Below, one piece after another: positions 46,801-61,800 of a stretch of DNA of 64,000 nucleotides. The stretch covers positions 567,853 to 631,852 of the forward strand of contig NW_004797676.1 of NCBI RefSeq assembly GCF_000002075.1. Direction: 5' to 3'. Position 1 is the first letter of the stretch, and each line of letters begins with the position of its first letter. Both the position numbers and the translations under genes were made by a program. Origin of the DNA: Aplysia californica. Lineage: Eukaryota. The notes beneath the pieces are model-generated. The model was not told the DNA's origin. It made no database searches and worked only from the letters and a program-made list of their open reading frames with translations.

Positions 46801-49800
46801 TATTTAACGTCTTTAAGATCAGTGAAGATGGAAGTGAAGGAATTTAATTCAATGGCCAAATGTGCAACATAAGAACAAGTACTGATTTCAGCATTCTTTT
46901 CTTCCTTAAGGAATCAAACTTTAATATTTAAATAAAACTTTACGATACCATTTGGTAAGTAAGTAAATAAGTAAGTAAGTAAGTTTAATCAGTGTTTAAA
47001 GCCATTGGCCCACATCACATCACATAAAACACTCATTTGATAAGTAAAGTTTCCATAATGAATAAGTACAGGTTGTGCACATATCTCTTATCATGGGTCA
47101 AACATTGCATATTTCTGTCACTGGGCCGAGTCAGGCTGGGAGGGATTAACAATTTCCTTTGATGGACAAAGTGTGAACAATAGAAAATAAAGTGAAATTC
47201 ATCTTCAATTTCATGAGAGTTACACCTCTCACATAAGGGCAAATTAATTAATTTCCACTGATAGAGATTGTTATTTAATGGAAGGCTATGGGTTTTTAAC
47301 TAGCTATGACTCTTCTGCTCCAATACCATAGGAGGTTTGTGATATATTCAGCTGTTTCTCGAAACGAAATTACGAGACCGTTTATTTGGTAATGCATTGT
47401 AATTGCATTTTTTTCCCTCACACTAGCAAATAATCCATTTGTTTGATTTCCAATCTGATCTAAGGATCCTCAATTTCAGGAAACAGCTCTATGATGTGCA
47501 CATCATTTTTGGGAGGCAGTTTTAATATTTTCATGTTTATGTTGTATGAACTACAAGTAGTCTAAATTCTGTGAACATTTCGGTACATTATTTAAGGGTC
47601 AAAATTGCCAAAATGGTTTTGTATTGGTGTGTAATTAGTGTGGACTGCTTCCTTAAGGTTCCGTTCTTATTTTGTCTCGTTTTCAGGTAGGTGAAGGCAT
47701 TGTTTCTAATGAAGTGGAGGATTCTGTTTATTTTAGGATTGACCCAGTCTCTTTTGCCCAGGTAAAAACTTGGATGTTGTGTTTCATAACTGGAAGTATA
47801 CCAAGTTTTGATTTAAGTTTTTCAAAACTGTTGAGCTGTTCTTTCTTTTCATCAAAACTAGCCTGATTATAATGTCTGTGTACATTAGTCCAACTGAGGG
47901 TGTATGCGAGTTTTTGATGAAGAGGTGGGAGTTTCCTCCTTCTGATGCATCATGCAAGGCATTCAAAGATGTGGGACATTGTTTCAGTGTGCAGTAAGGT
48001 TTACTCTTAGGGTTACAAAGTTTTGGTACAAGTTTGTCTTTTCCAAAGGGAAAAAACTATTTTTAAAAAAGTATTGGTCTCTTCAGTTTCATTTTCCCCA
48101 CTAGTATTTCTCTTGCAAAACCAGGCAGAGGACTCTGAGAAAGAAGGTTGAGTGAGGACATCTCTTAGCAATTGTAAGCAAGAAAGCAAGAAGTCAGGAA
48201 GGCTACACTCTGAATGCGACATGCTGTATAAAGTTTCTTTTGTTCTGAATGCAAAAGGTTATTGCTGCATTGCAACATTTTTGTTATTTCTAATTTCATC
48301 TTTTTTATTTTTATTTCAGTTTTTAAAAACAAACTGTTCAAATGTCATACTCCAGTTAATTAAAAACGTTTCTTTGAATATTGTAATTAGAAATCTTATT
48401 ATTGCATATTTTGTACTCATAAAACCACAGAGTGTTTTTCGTTGCCCATTCTGTACTTTCTGATAATGTTCTGGGGTATAATGTTTGTCACTTTCCAGAC
48501 TGTCTTGAAAAGTGTGAGGGCTGATGGTTCTAACTACGGTCATCGGGACACTCATCAGCCACCCCAGTGTGTGTGCGTAGAGTTCAGGTAATATTTGTTA
48601 TCTGATTTCATGATATACCCTGCCATTCCCCTTTATCTCTCTATTTTGGTGAAGTTTTCGGAGTACAATCCAGACAAGGCCAGTACCTGTATGCTCCAGT
48701 TGTTGCAGTTGTCAGAGGTGCTGAGTTTTCAGTTAAAAATCTAGAATTGTGGATTTCTGAAATTGTCCTATTATTGTACTTTATATAAAAATAGTCTTTT
48801 TACAAGATGCATTAGGTAATATGATCCGTAAATTTTGAGTTCCCACGTGCACATTTACAGGACCCAAAAAGTTCAGGATTTTTTTTGGAAACCCGGTGGC
48901 ACATCTGAATTGTATACGAGAATCAACTTCTGTTCTTCTGTTTTTTCTATGCATTAAGTGTGCACGTGTATGTGATGGATGCAGTTCATGTCTGAAGTGA
49001 ATTGTAATTCTCATGCAAATAGGGAATAGGGACAGTCTCTGACTGAAGTTAATCTAACTTCACATACAGCAGGTGCCAAAAGCTACAGTTTATTGCTGAA
49101 GTTGATTTTTTTACTTCTATGTGGAATCAGAGAATCTTATTCAACTTGGAAATTTTGCTTAAGCATCAACCTGGAAGTCTACACGTCTATTTTTCCTTGT
49201 TGTATTTATACTTTTGTCTTCACTGGTTTTTAGAGATCCTGAGGTTTGAAAGAATAGAGATAGTTTTTTAGATATCATGCGAACACAGCTTGTGAAGCTG
49301 AAAAGCAGACTCCATAGAGCCCACTCAGCTAATGTCATTGCTGCATAGGGAAAATCGCTAGTCTAAAGGTAAGATGCCAAAGTACCTGGCTCAATTCCCT
49401 GTATGTGCAGGGATGGGTAGCGTAGAATTGTTTTTTTTTTTTTTTTCAAATCAAACTTCTTGAATAAGAATAAAAAAGTCAAAGGTTCTGTGTTCGGATT
49501 GAAGAAGTAAAAGATACCTTAATGTGTGAGAGATGAAGAAGAGCTAGCCTGTTAAGGCTGTGAGCTAAGGCTTACCCGAAACTGAAAAAATTCATTGTTG
49601 TTTTTAACAAATTAAAATACCTTCCTGAAAGGTGCAAGAAACTGCTTTCTTGGGGCAAAACAGGCCATATTCATTTAGTGACGATCAGTTGTACTGTGGG
49701 TTCATTTCCCTTTGGGAAAATAGTGCTTTTGGATTGGGGGGGGCTGAAATTCAAGACTATTTTGTAGATATTAATGAATATATGAGACTAATACTTGATT

Positions 49801-52800
49801 TCAAACTTTTCATTAGATTTTGATTGATATATTCCCCCCCCCCCCCCCAAAAGCTCTCCAAATATCGCCAAGCCATTCCATGTTGGTCATATGCGCTCTA
49901 CCATTATCGGTAATGTAATGTCCAACTTGTATGAGGCTGCTGGTCATGACGTGAAGCGAGCCAACTTTTTAGGAGATTGGGGAACTCAGTTTGGTGAGTG
50001 TAATGGATATCTTATTTGTTCCATCTTTGTCGTCTTTGATTTCTTTATCATGTTGTTTATGTGTTTTTTATTTTGTTATTTATTTATCTTCTGATCTTTT
50101 CTTCTCTCTTGTGTTAATGCCTTTTTCAAAGAAATTTTTGTCAGAATTTGATAGGTGGAGTCCTGAGGGTAGTTTGTATTCTTACGGTGAATATTGTCTT
50201 TTTTCTCTATTTTCTGACATTTTTTGGGCAATTGTCTACCTATATGTTATCGTTTACTTCTTTAAAGTGGAGGTAACATTAACAATAAAAAAAAATATGA
50301 ATGCAAATTAATGTTTTGAGAGCACAATTGTTATTTGAGTAAAATACTGTGATGGTTGACGTGTCATTGTTAACATGTCTAAAGTTATTGACTGTTCAGC
50401 CCCACTCAACTTCAAATACTTTACTGTTTCAATCTTTTTAGGTTTATTAATGCTGGGTCTTCAGAGATATTCTCAGAGAAAGCGAGTGAAGGCAGATCCA
50501 CTCCAGGAGTTCTTTGAGGTAGGCAGAAAATGTTATTCTTTTATCTGCTGTTTAACTCTAAAGTGTCCTTAATTGTAGGCAAAAGAGGAATGCTCTTTTC
50601 AAGGTTAAGTGAAAATACAACGACACATCAACTGGTTATTACCTTGAGCCTGTTTTTTTAAATTGAAATTTTAATAACTTTACATTTCTGGAACACTTTG
50701 ATTTTCTTCATATTTATTGACTTGATGTCCTCATGGTTGAATTTTGTTTGTCGAAGTTTTGTTGAAATTGGTGCAGAGATGACCGAGTTATTACCATTTA
50801 AGTGGATCCTTTTTGTTTAGACACCCTGTACATTGTGCCTATAATTAGGGGCTCACCTACTTCACTTAAGGGGAGCTGCTCATACACAATAACCTTGATG
50901 TAAGAGTAACATCTGTTTTGGGACTTTGTCTTTCATCGAGATGTCTTATGTAAAGAATTGTGGACCTAGGGTAAGTGTAATGTAAAATAGACCCCTAAAA
51001 CCTTACTTTATGGGTTCTTTCTTTCAAATGATCCATTCATGCCTAGATTGGTGTTAGACCTATACAAAAACAAAGACATGTGGGATGTATGTTTGTCACT
51101 CATACTGCTAAGAATATTTGATTTGTTTGTATTTACTGTGGCAGCAAATTGTTTAAATTTCAAGAATTGTTTTTCAGCAATAGAGAGAAAAGGCATTATG
51201 TATTGTTTTTGATAATAAAGCCCTGTTACAATGGCTGTAGTGAAATATATTGAGGTATTTGTCAATTAATTGTTTTCTAAAAATTAGTTGTTGTACATAC
51301 ATATTTTGAAGGAGTTGTAGAACGGGGGGCTTGATAAAAAGGAGGTGGGCTGAATGGGATTCATTTCAGTTGAGCTCTTTACATTCCTGTACGAAAGACA
51401 GGTTATTCCATGGGTGGTTACATATTTCAAATGAAAAAAATGATGTTATATTGTACAACTTAATTGCCATTATGAAATATGATTCTGTTTCAGGTATACG
51501 TAAAAATCAACAAAGATGTTAAAGAAGAAAGTGGAGAAAGACCTGAGTCCAGCTCACAGACGTATCAAGAAGGAATGAGTCTGTTTTCCAAGTTAGAAAA
51601 AGGTACGATGTCCTGAGGCCAATTCAGGTGCTTGGAAAAATGGAGACATTATTTATATCAAATGTTTTTCCCTCCTTGGAGAACCAAGTCAGACTCCTTA
51701 CTCCCAAAAGGAACACTGGAGCTGCGAAAAGAGATTTTTCAGAGTATAACAAAACAAGAAAAGATCATACAAATAGAAAAAATTGCAGCTCTTCTGAGTA
51801 TATCGAACCAAGCAAAGATATTTAAAAAAGGAAGAAAAAATGAATAAACATATGGGCTTTTGAGACAACTAGAATAAAGCTTTTCTTATCCACCGAAAGG
51901 TTAGGGCCTAGTAGTAATGACTGTGTTAAACAATTACCTGTAAATAAGTGAAATCTCTGATTTCCGCCTGACGACTCTACACATCACTTCCAAACATATT
52001 TGCAAAATTGGACTGAAACAAAGTTCCAACTCGTTATTAAAAAACACTGATTTAAACAATTTTATACCATTCTTGGAGTTGTTTCAGCATCGCACTTCCT
52101 GTAAAATAAATCTTGATATAAGCTGATAGCCTATCTCACGTGTGAAATATAAACATTTGCATAAATTACTGCGCGCACTATATTCGCCTTCTAGTCTTCT
52201 GTGAGCAAAGTATAGACTTGAATCATAATACTCCTAAACCGTGCAATGTTATGGCAGCTGCTCTTTGCCCTCTGTAAAAGCTTCATTGCAAAGCGTGCTC
52301 ACCATAGGCGCCCAAATGAAGTGCTAAACATCAGTCCCCCACTGTCCCTATAGTAAAATGTAGACACAACTCACTACACTGCCCTTAATGTTGTTCCAAA
52401 TTGAGTCAAATGGAGCGCAACATAGTGAACCGGGATTATGTCAGAGTGTGGCGATGTATTTTAGCACAACGCTAGCAAGTCTGTGCTAGCAACATAGATT
52501 TACACTATTAGGTTTAAAACGGAGATAACTCTATGGCTAGCAAACCACTCCCAGCCTTTGGTTAGTTTTGATTGCAAAATTTTAAAAAAATGATGTCTTT
52601 ATTATGATTCCTGAATACAGATATGGACCGGATAAAAATACTTAAATGAGAACTTCAATTCAGCCTCTTTATCTGTCTTTGAATTATTTTTTGGTAAATA
52701 AATCCTTCCTCGTTCAATATATTATATTGTATTTCATGTATGTTTTTTCGTGTGTTGAATAAAAGGAGACCCAGATTTAAGATCGGTGTGGCAAGAGGTC

Positions 52801-55800
52801 AGAGAACTGAGTATTGCAGAGTTGGATAAAATGTATCAGGTAATATTTCCCATTTTTCCTTTTTCTTTTTTACTCGTGCGTTATTTTTATCTTTCGTTTG
52901 CTTTTTCACTTAAATGTTCTTGATGGTGAGACTGTTTGATAGTATTTATTTCTTTGACCTTTAAGTGTTTTTTTTTTAGTGATATGTCCCCTCTGGTTGT
53001 AGGTATACATCACTTAACATCTTCCTTGGCAGTATGAGGCCTGTTCATTCCAGTTTACTATCTGAGTAATGTGTTGTGTGTATATTGCGATCTTCACCTG
53101 TTTCATCTCTGCTGTGGGTGGTTGGTGGCTGCTCTGGTGTGGTTTTGCTCCTTCTTTCCCATCAAGCATTTATTGTCTTTATCCTTCCTTCTTGTTAGTG
53201 TTTGTTACTCTCTTGTAAGACCTCTAACCTGCAGCACTTATGTGACCTTACTGTGTTGCAAGTGTTGTCAAATTCTTACTAAAACTAAAAACTAATCTCT
53301 GCTGACTGCCATGAGCCCATTAGCAGCTGGATAAACTGGGGAAACAGAACAAAGTGCATTTCTTAAGGACATTTGGGAACTCGACTCATAAATTTTATTG
53401 GGAGAACAATTCAACATTGAGGTGTTTGTATTGAATGGCTTTATTGTTAATACATTTATGGGAATGGACGGCAATCTTAAAATTCTAGATGTTGTTGGGA
53501 ACCAATGGAGTTTTCTTAGTATAGGGGTGATATGGTTGTCTCTCTCTTTATTCTTACAGCTTGATTTTGAAAGATCTGTAGTTTCAAATGGTGATGTTCA
53601 GGAGAGAGTTGCAGTTATCCATATGAGAGACCACTGAAGATTTGTTGCTATAATGTTGAATTTGAATGAAAGGGTGATAGCTTGTAGTGTGCAAAGAGCC
53701 ATGTATGTAGTGATGCAATGTTTGGTTTATGCCCTCTTTATTCTGAGTTGAAATTTTCCTCCAACTCCCTGAGACAGCTTGGCTAGTACTTTCCTTGTAC
53801 TCTTTTGTGTTTGCCTGTTGTCTCACTGTCAGGTCACTGTGTCATGTTTGGGAAAAGCAAAATTTTATGCAAGTTTAGATTTCAGTTCTTCATAGTACAC
53901 ATGAATTATATATTTCTCAAAGCTAGTGCTTTTTGGGGGTTGGCAGTTTTCTACAGTGATTGTGATGAAATCGACTACGATCATGCTGACTCATCAGATA
54001 GGCCTTCTTCTATTTTGGTGATAAATTTTAGGTGAACTGAGACATATATGTTTATTGACACGCCTCTTTATTTTCAGCGCCTGGGAGTACATTTTTCTCA
54101 CATAATGCCTGAATCCTGTTTCCAAGATAAAACCTCAGAAGTTTTGCAGTGCCTGAGGGATGCAAGTTTACTGCAATTTGAGTAAGACTTCAGATTAAAG
54201 AAAAATTATACAGTCGAACCTGTGTAAGACAGAATTGCAAGGGAGCCAGAAAAAAATTACGTCTTAGACATTTTCCATCTTAGGCAGGTCAATTTAAGGG
54301 GGGGGGGGGGGGGGGGGAGATGGAGGGGGGTTTCAAAGGCCCAGATGGTGGGATCAAGGGATGCTTTTGCAGGTGGCAAGCTGTGGTCAAAACCTCACAC
54401 CTCTCAATTGTTACTCTCACTGATAATGACATGCGTCAGTCTTACTTATCCAATTACCACCAGTGCTTGCATTTCATAGGACCACTGTCAAACCGATTAA
54501 AAACAGAAATGTTTGAACATCTCCTTTGCTTCCACCCTTAGCCCCACCCATCGGTGTAACAAAGTCAGTCAACCAATACCATCCCTCACTGCCATGTAAC
54601 AACGATTCGAGGAACTCTTTCCTTGGCTGGCCGTAGGATCAGGGCGGCTGGCGCTGGTCAAACTAATTTCACACCTCTGGCTTCTGGCTACCCAGGAAAG
54701 TCTGCGTGGTGGCTTGCTACTCGAGCACTTTCACTGGCGCTCGTGACATTTTACACCCACACCACCCTGACCATCTTCATCGCTCAGGGCTCTCATAGAT
54801 AGGGTAACATCTACTCCCAAATCGCACCCCTACTCCCCTTCCTCGCCCGGCGGCATAGTGTTAAGTTTAGAGCCGGTGGAATCAAATTTGCAAGTTTTGT
54901 TTCAAATCAGGGCTGAGCCGGCAAAGCATTTTCCATCTTAGACAGGTGAAACCCTCGGAAGGGAGCGGATTTTTCTTTTCGTTTTCGCGTTGGACAGGTT
55001 TCCATTTTATACTGGTAATTAAAGAGGAATATATCAAGGGGGGAGCGGTGAGCTTCCGTTCAGGCTGGTTCGACTGTATTCATATATTATATTTACCCTA
55101 TTTGAATTTATCATTTTTTAGTGTTTTTTTGTTATTGTTTGTTTACAGTTATAGCGTTTTTATTTTATTTTATATTTTAAAATTAAGATTTTCTTTTGTT
55201 TCATGTGATGCTGATTTCTTTTCTTTGCATTTCATGTTTTAGACAGAAGCAGGTTATGAGCAGGTGGGTAGAAGACACCACTAGTAGGTCCTACTTCTTT
55301 TCTTTCCCTCTGTTGTTTCTGTCTGTCTATCTTGCTTCTTCTCTGCATGATATGACCATTATTGTGTCTATATGCTTCTCTTTTCTCAAACTCAGAACTC
55401 AGATTATGATGGGTGAGCTTATTGGTGCTCTGTAAGACTTAAATTCGTTTACATTGTTTCCATTCCTGGGAAAATATTGGGCCATGATTGTGCTGACTCA
55501 CCATAAACCACAGTTTTTTAACTTATTCTGGAACCGTTTTAATTTTCTAGCATTGCTCTCATAGTTTTATATAGATGATCATGATCCGTTTTGTTGTTTC
55601 AGTTTATCATTTTAAAACTTGTATCATAAAAGCTTCTTTTACACAAGCATTGAGTGTCTGATTCTGAGTATTTGTATCATGACATGATGGAATCAGGCAC
55701 TAATTAATTTTTGGGCAAATAGAGTTATTGATATCATCTTACAGCTTGTTCATTTGTTTTGAGTTTGGAAGAACCCCCCCCCCGTCTAATATTAATAAAT

Positions 55801-58800
55801 ATATAGAGATATTTTTGATTGAAGGAGTTGGGGGTCGCCTGTTTTGACAGGTAAAATTAGCAAGAAAATGGCAGCCAAAGTTTGGTGACTACCATAGCCT
55901 GACTTTTCTTTGAAGACTGGAAATTTATATTTTTCGTGTCTTTAGTGGACATTTTTCGGAACTATCCACACAGAAATGTGTTTTTAAATGGACATAAAAG
56001 GTGTTGCGCCAATAAAAGAAAATTAGAAAAAAATTGCCCAGCTGCCAGAAATTTGCTGATTTCTTTGATTTCATTATTTTGACGAGCGCCTGATTTTACC
56101 ATGATGCCTCTCATTTTTCTTTATTGTTTTGATTTTTGTTATTTCTTTGACTTTTCAGCTCAAATGGAGTTGGTTATGTGAATGTGAACATACAAGAAAA
56201 CATGGGCAAGGCTAATGTTGTGAAGAGTGATGGTTCTTCACTCTATCTTACCAGGTAACGGCACAGTTTGAACTTTTGTTAGAAATGTAGTTACATTAGG
56301 TTTTTTATACTGTCAATACATGCTATAATCTACAGTCTTCTTTATAAAATGTTTACTATTTTGAGTTGAATTTTCATTTTTCTTTTTTTAGGTATATTGG
56401 TGTTTTATTATCCTACCTCCAAGACATTTGGTAATTGTTTTTAGAAAAAATTTACCTGTAAATGAAATCGTATTGATGCAGTAAATTGGGGAAGGAAATA
56501 TTACTCTTACACTGGCTGAAGTGATTTCATTGTGTGAGAAAAGAACAAAAAAGTACAGATGTCTTGTATCTTGTATGCTCATGGAAGAAAGAATTTGACT
56601 GGTCGAAATATGTTAATAACATTTCAATTAAAGAAATTGTTGTGTCTGAGGTTCAAAGTAGTGTGGCCTTGAACATAACTCTCAGCAAAAATGTTTTTTT
56701 TTTAAACTTCAGTTCCATTTTTCTTTCAGAAAAACGTACAATCATAGAGAGCTGCGATATTCGTTTAGAGCGAGGATTCTGTTATAAGCTTTGTGATTCT
56801 ATATTTCTTATGGAATATTTTCTGGTGATTGCGCTGGAGGTGCTAATTGAACGATTGGTTGTGCAAAGATGTGTTCAAATGTTTTGTCATGATTCCAACA
56901 ATTTGAGATTGTTGTATTGATAATTATGTCCTGTTCATCTTCAGAGATATTGCAGCGGCCCTAGAGAGGGAGACTATGTTTGCCTGTGATAGAATGCATT
57001 ATGTGGTAAGAGTTTTGTTCTTTTATGCCCTGCCATGTATGTCAGCCCTTTTCAAAAGGTCAGCTTAAATTTATGATAATACAGCTCTTTAAATATTCAA
57101 ATGTTTAATTTTTATGCCTTCTAGTTTAAATGTAATCTGTACTGGGTGTTTTCGTATGAAAAGCATAACCAGATACAGTATTTGCAGAGAAGATATAGTG
57201 TACCAGTTAGGAAGATTCCTCTTCCTAAAACTAAAAGTCATAGTTGAAATTGTAAATATCTCCTCCTTGACTCTATGTATATGAATGTAAAGAATTTCTA
57301 TAACAGTTCTCGAAATATTCAGTACTTTGTACTACACCATTGCTCATTGTCCTGAGGTGTCTGGAAAATGTCAGTTCTTTCTTGATGACAATGTTCTTAT
57401 CTTTCCATAAAACATACATGTCTGGACTTACGTGTCTATTTTTAGGATGTGTGGATCTATGAGAGGACTTGTTTATATAGATGTGGAGTACACTTTTAGA
57501 ATTAGGTGAAGGAAACTTTCTTCTAGGTATTATCTATGTTTATACTGTTTTAAAATACAGTGCCAAAGAAAAGATTAGGAATAACTTAACGTGGTATAGG
57601 TTGTAATGAAAAGCCAGTAATGTTTGTGAATAGTCATGACTTGAAAGAGTTATGTTTAAGGTCACAAAAAGTCACACTGCAGTAACGTAGACAGGAAATA
57701 TAATTTTTGGCTTATTGCATCATACGAATATTCAAGGAATACAGTATTCTTACCACACTCTTTATTCTGCATCTTATGGAGATATCTCTTATTATTGACA
57801 GGTTGAAATGGGACAGAGAAGTCACTTTGTCAAACTAGTCAGTGTTCTCAATCAACTGGGAGTACCATGGGCGCAAAGGCAAGACACACTGAACTTGAAA
57901 TCTTTATGTTTGCAAGGTGCAATCTTTCCAGCTGTCATTATTGTCTGTTTCATTGTGACGTTAACACAGTTGATGAAACTCTGGAATATAGAAAAAGAAA
58001 ATGCTTCTGTATTGTCTTTACCCGAAAAATTTGTAATGTTTTTATAACAAAGGTACCACACGGCATAATAGATAATGTAATTACAGAAAATACATCGCAA
58101 TTGCTAGTTGTTATGATTCATGTCTTGTATTGTTGTATTGTAAAGTGCTCAGAGTATATGTAAGCCTACTTTGATCGGTGTAGAGTGCTAGACCTATATA
58201 AATGCCATATATTATTATCATAAGCCGGTATTTACTCATATCATGCTCAAGGGCTGCCCTTAGTAAACTTTTCAGACAGCCTTCGTACTACTCATAATTC
58301 ATCTCCCTTACCCATTTTTCCAGGCCAATAGATGAAATCCACATACGATTTGGACGAGTTAAGGGTATGAGCACTCGGTCTGGCAACGTGGTCTTTCTCA
58401 GGGATATACTGGACGAGGCACGGGAGAGAGTAGCTCACTCCATGAGAGACAGACCTAGTGAGTGATCTTCAGGGAGAGTTTTCACTCGTTATGTAGTGTT
58501 CACTCTTCTCTCTCTCTTTCTCTGCTTTGTAAGATCACACAGCAGCAGATATGTACCTCTAAAAAGAAAGAAAGAAAGATATAAAAGAAGTTTTTTTTCC
58601 ATCTATCATAAGGCTGTTGTTAGAATAAGCATCAGTGTGTATTGCTCTTTCAAGTATGTATATCTATAAAACTCTAAAGGACTTGTAATTTAATTCCTGC
58701 ATGTGGCTGAATAATGCATCTGATGTGATATGTACATTTTGTCACCTTTACTTTTCTTTTCATATTGAATTTTAATGAGAGAAATATATAATTAATTGTT

Positions 58801-61800
58801 ATGTATACCTGTATGTGTTTTTACGGTGCTGTACAGCGAAGAAAAATTTCCCTCTGGGATAATATTGTCTCATCTTATCTTATCTTATCTGATCTTTTTG
58901 TCTCTGTCTGACTCTCACAGTTTTCCTGTCTCTGTCTTTATGTCTCCCCCCCCCCCCCCCAGGGCAGTGCTACTGACTGAAGTGTCTGTAGGCCATTCCC
59001 AAAGGGGGGATATTAACATGTTCTTATACACAGTAGAATTGTAAATGGGCTAATTTATCAATGTCATGCTCATACTGTGCCGGAACAACATAGGCGGAAC
59101 TGCTGCTTTTACTTTCCTCATCCTTACTATCGTCATTTTCCTCTACTTCTTTTGTATGTTTGTCACTCTCTTGTGAACTGCTATTTCCGGGTTGAGGCTA
59201 GAGAGGTGAGCAGAGTAAGCTTGATTCCCCGTTTGGACTTCTCTGTTGACATTCTCACCCTGGCGCTCATATGACCTTATGCAGTTGCGGGCCCTGAAAA
59301 TCTTACTAAAACTAAAACTGTCTTTATGTCTCCCTACTTGTCTGTCTCTCTGATTTGCTCTTCCTCTCATACTGTCTGTCTGTCTGTCTGTCTTTCCCCC
59401 CCCCCCCCCCCTCTCCCCCGTCTCCCGTCTTTCACCTACATCTTGTTCCTACCCCCCCCTCCCCCCCCCCCCATTTTTTGGTCCTTTTTTCCTCCCTGTG
59501 TGCTTTTGACTGTGTGAGCATTCTTTTCTCAAACTAATTCAACTTGTATTAAGTTGTTTGTGGGGGAGCTGTCATCATAATATATCACACCTTTTGCTTT
59601 AACAAGCTCTTACAGAAACGGATAGTGTTAAAATGATTAAACAATGTGGATTTAATAGTCATTTATAATACTACTTTCTCAACAAAATGTCTACCTGAGA
59701 CATCATGAGACTTAAAGTAAGGTCATTACTAAAATCATTTACCATTGAATCTTTGGCTTCCTTTTATTAATGATTAAATAATGAGAGAATTACAGTGGAG
59801 TCCTCTTAATAAACCAAAATATGCAGTACCGCTGGAATGTCTTTGGTTAAGTCGGGTTTTCAGTTGGAAGAGGTTTCTCAAATAGTAGGAAAAAATCTCC
59901 AGGGATTTTCTTTTCTTTTGGTTTAGCACTGTTTTCGGATTAAAAGTGTTTGGTTTGAGCAGACTCCACTGTATTTCAAAGATAGTCAGATAGGGGCATA
60001 AATGGTCACCTTTACTTTAATGACAAGCAGGCTAACCCAGATTTCGGGGATTTCCATAAGTCTTGACCTACATCAAAAGTGGGCATTGCCCTATCTACAG
60101 GAGAAGCTTGGTTTCGTTGGTGTGTATATTTGTTTGGTTATAGAGAAAACTTTTCTTGTCTTTTAAAGAAACTAAACAAGGGGCAAATACTTTACCTTAG
60201 ATTTTCTCAAAACAGCATTTTTCTGGATAGCCCCCTTGTGCTTAAAAGCGACCAAATAATGTTTGACAGTGAGTTGTCATTAATTTATCTGCAGCAACAC
60301 GAGTTTCTGGAACATTGGACGCAGTAGCAGACACTCTGGCTGTCTCTGCCATCATCCTACAGGTCAGTGTTCGGTTCACCACTACAGAGTTCTTTATGGA
60401 CATGCCCAGCTCTCTGTCTTTTAGTCTATTTTCACTCTCTCTTTGTGTCTCTTTCTGTGTGTTTCTTGTAGTTTTAGTCTCTTTACCACTTTTTCTCTCT
60501 TTCTTACTGTCTTTATCACACTGTTTCTCTAATGCGTACATGATCCAGTAAATGTTCGTGCTGACATCCTGGCCTTACCAAGGGTAATCAAGGAATGTGA
60601 AAATGTTTTCAAATTTTATATGGTCCGTCAGAATATTAGCTTGTTGTACTGGGCATAGAATCTTATAATAATATTATTAATAATAATGATAATAGTAATA
60701 ATATAATAATAATAATGATGAAGAAAATGATAATGATAATAATAATTGTCTACTTTGAAACGGGGATACAATAATGTAAGTACTTTATAAAAATGCAAAA
60801 ATTGTATTCTTATTACATGAATGTTTTCTATTCCCTCTCATTAAACCCCACTCCTCCTTTACTCAGGACCTGAAGTCTCACCGTGCCAATGACTACAGTT
60901 TCTCTTGGGAGCGCATGCTCAGCTTCAAGGCAGATTCAGGCATCTTTGCCCAGTATTGCCACTCCAGACTTTGTAGGTGAGTGAACTTTTAAGGCCTCTC
61001 CCAATTTCTACTCATTTATCCAGAAAATATTTGAGCAGGTTGATTATGATGTCTGTTTCGTTACTTATTCATTTTGCTATTTTTTGGTTTAATTTTACAT
61101 GGCAGGCAGTTGGGGCCTTGACTTGCAACATCTGCTTCTTTGCCAGAAGTTGTTCTTTTTGTTTTTTCTCACACTACTGTTTAACATCACTCTGTCAATA
61201 CTGAAACTTGTACATCCTTGCTTAAGTCATATCTGTTCTAATGTGCTGGTGCTTGTGTTACCCTTTGTTTTGATGACGTCTATTTATCTATCCATTCATC
61301 CTTCGCAATGAATGTTCTTTCATTTTGTTTATCGTGTGTTTTGTATCTGTATATGTGCATGCGTGCATGCATGCATGTGTTTTCTGATAAGTCTGAAGGG
61401 AAGTCTGAGTATATATATTCTGAAACACATTCATTCTTCTGTTGCTTAGTGGTTTGTTGTTTTTTGGGTCAGAATGCCTAAGTAAATATATATGTAACCA
61501 TAATATTCAAGTCATGATTTTTTGTTGCAAAGTGAGCTCTGTCAGCATATCTTCACTTTAAGGGAAACAGTTGACTTGTGATTGACAAACTTGAAAACTG
61601 AGCAGACTGTGAGCAGTGCAGCGGTCGAAATTAGGGCAATGCTCTTTTGAAGCTGAAACCTTTGTATTTACCTATTCTCCCAACCTGATGAAAGTGAGTG
61701 AATTTTTGTTCCCCTGAGAAGTTTTAAGGAGTGAGGAGAGAATCTGGCTCTTCATCCTCATTGCCTTTCTCATCCTGCACCAGGGTATAGGCCACAGACA

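Noticed and set aside
53962-54040. Intronic C/D snoRNA (GTGATGA..CTGA..TGATAA..CTGA)
   Set aside because: No convincing terminal stem, only 37 nt from the acceptor, and no rRNA complement I can recognise; snoscan would settle it.
59396-59470. Functional G-quadruplex or i-motif
   Set aside because: Poly-C/G runs occur throughout the window, so this one is not distinctive.
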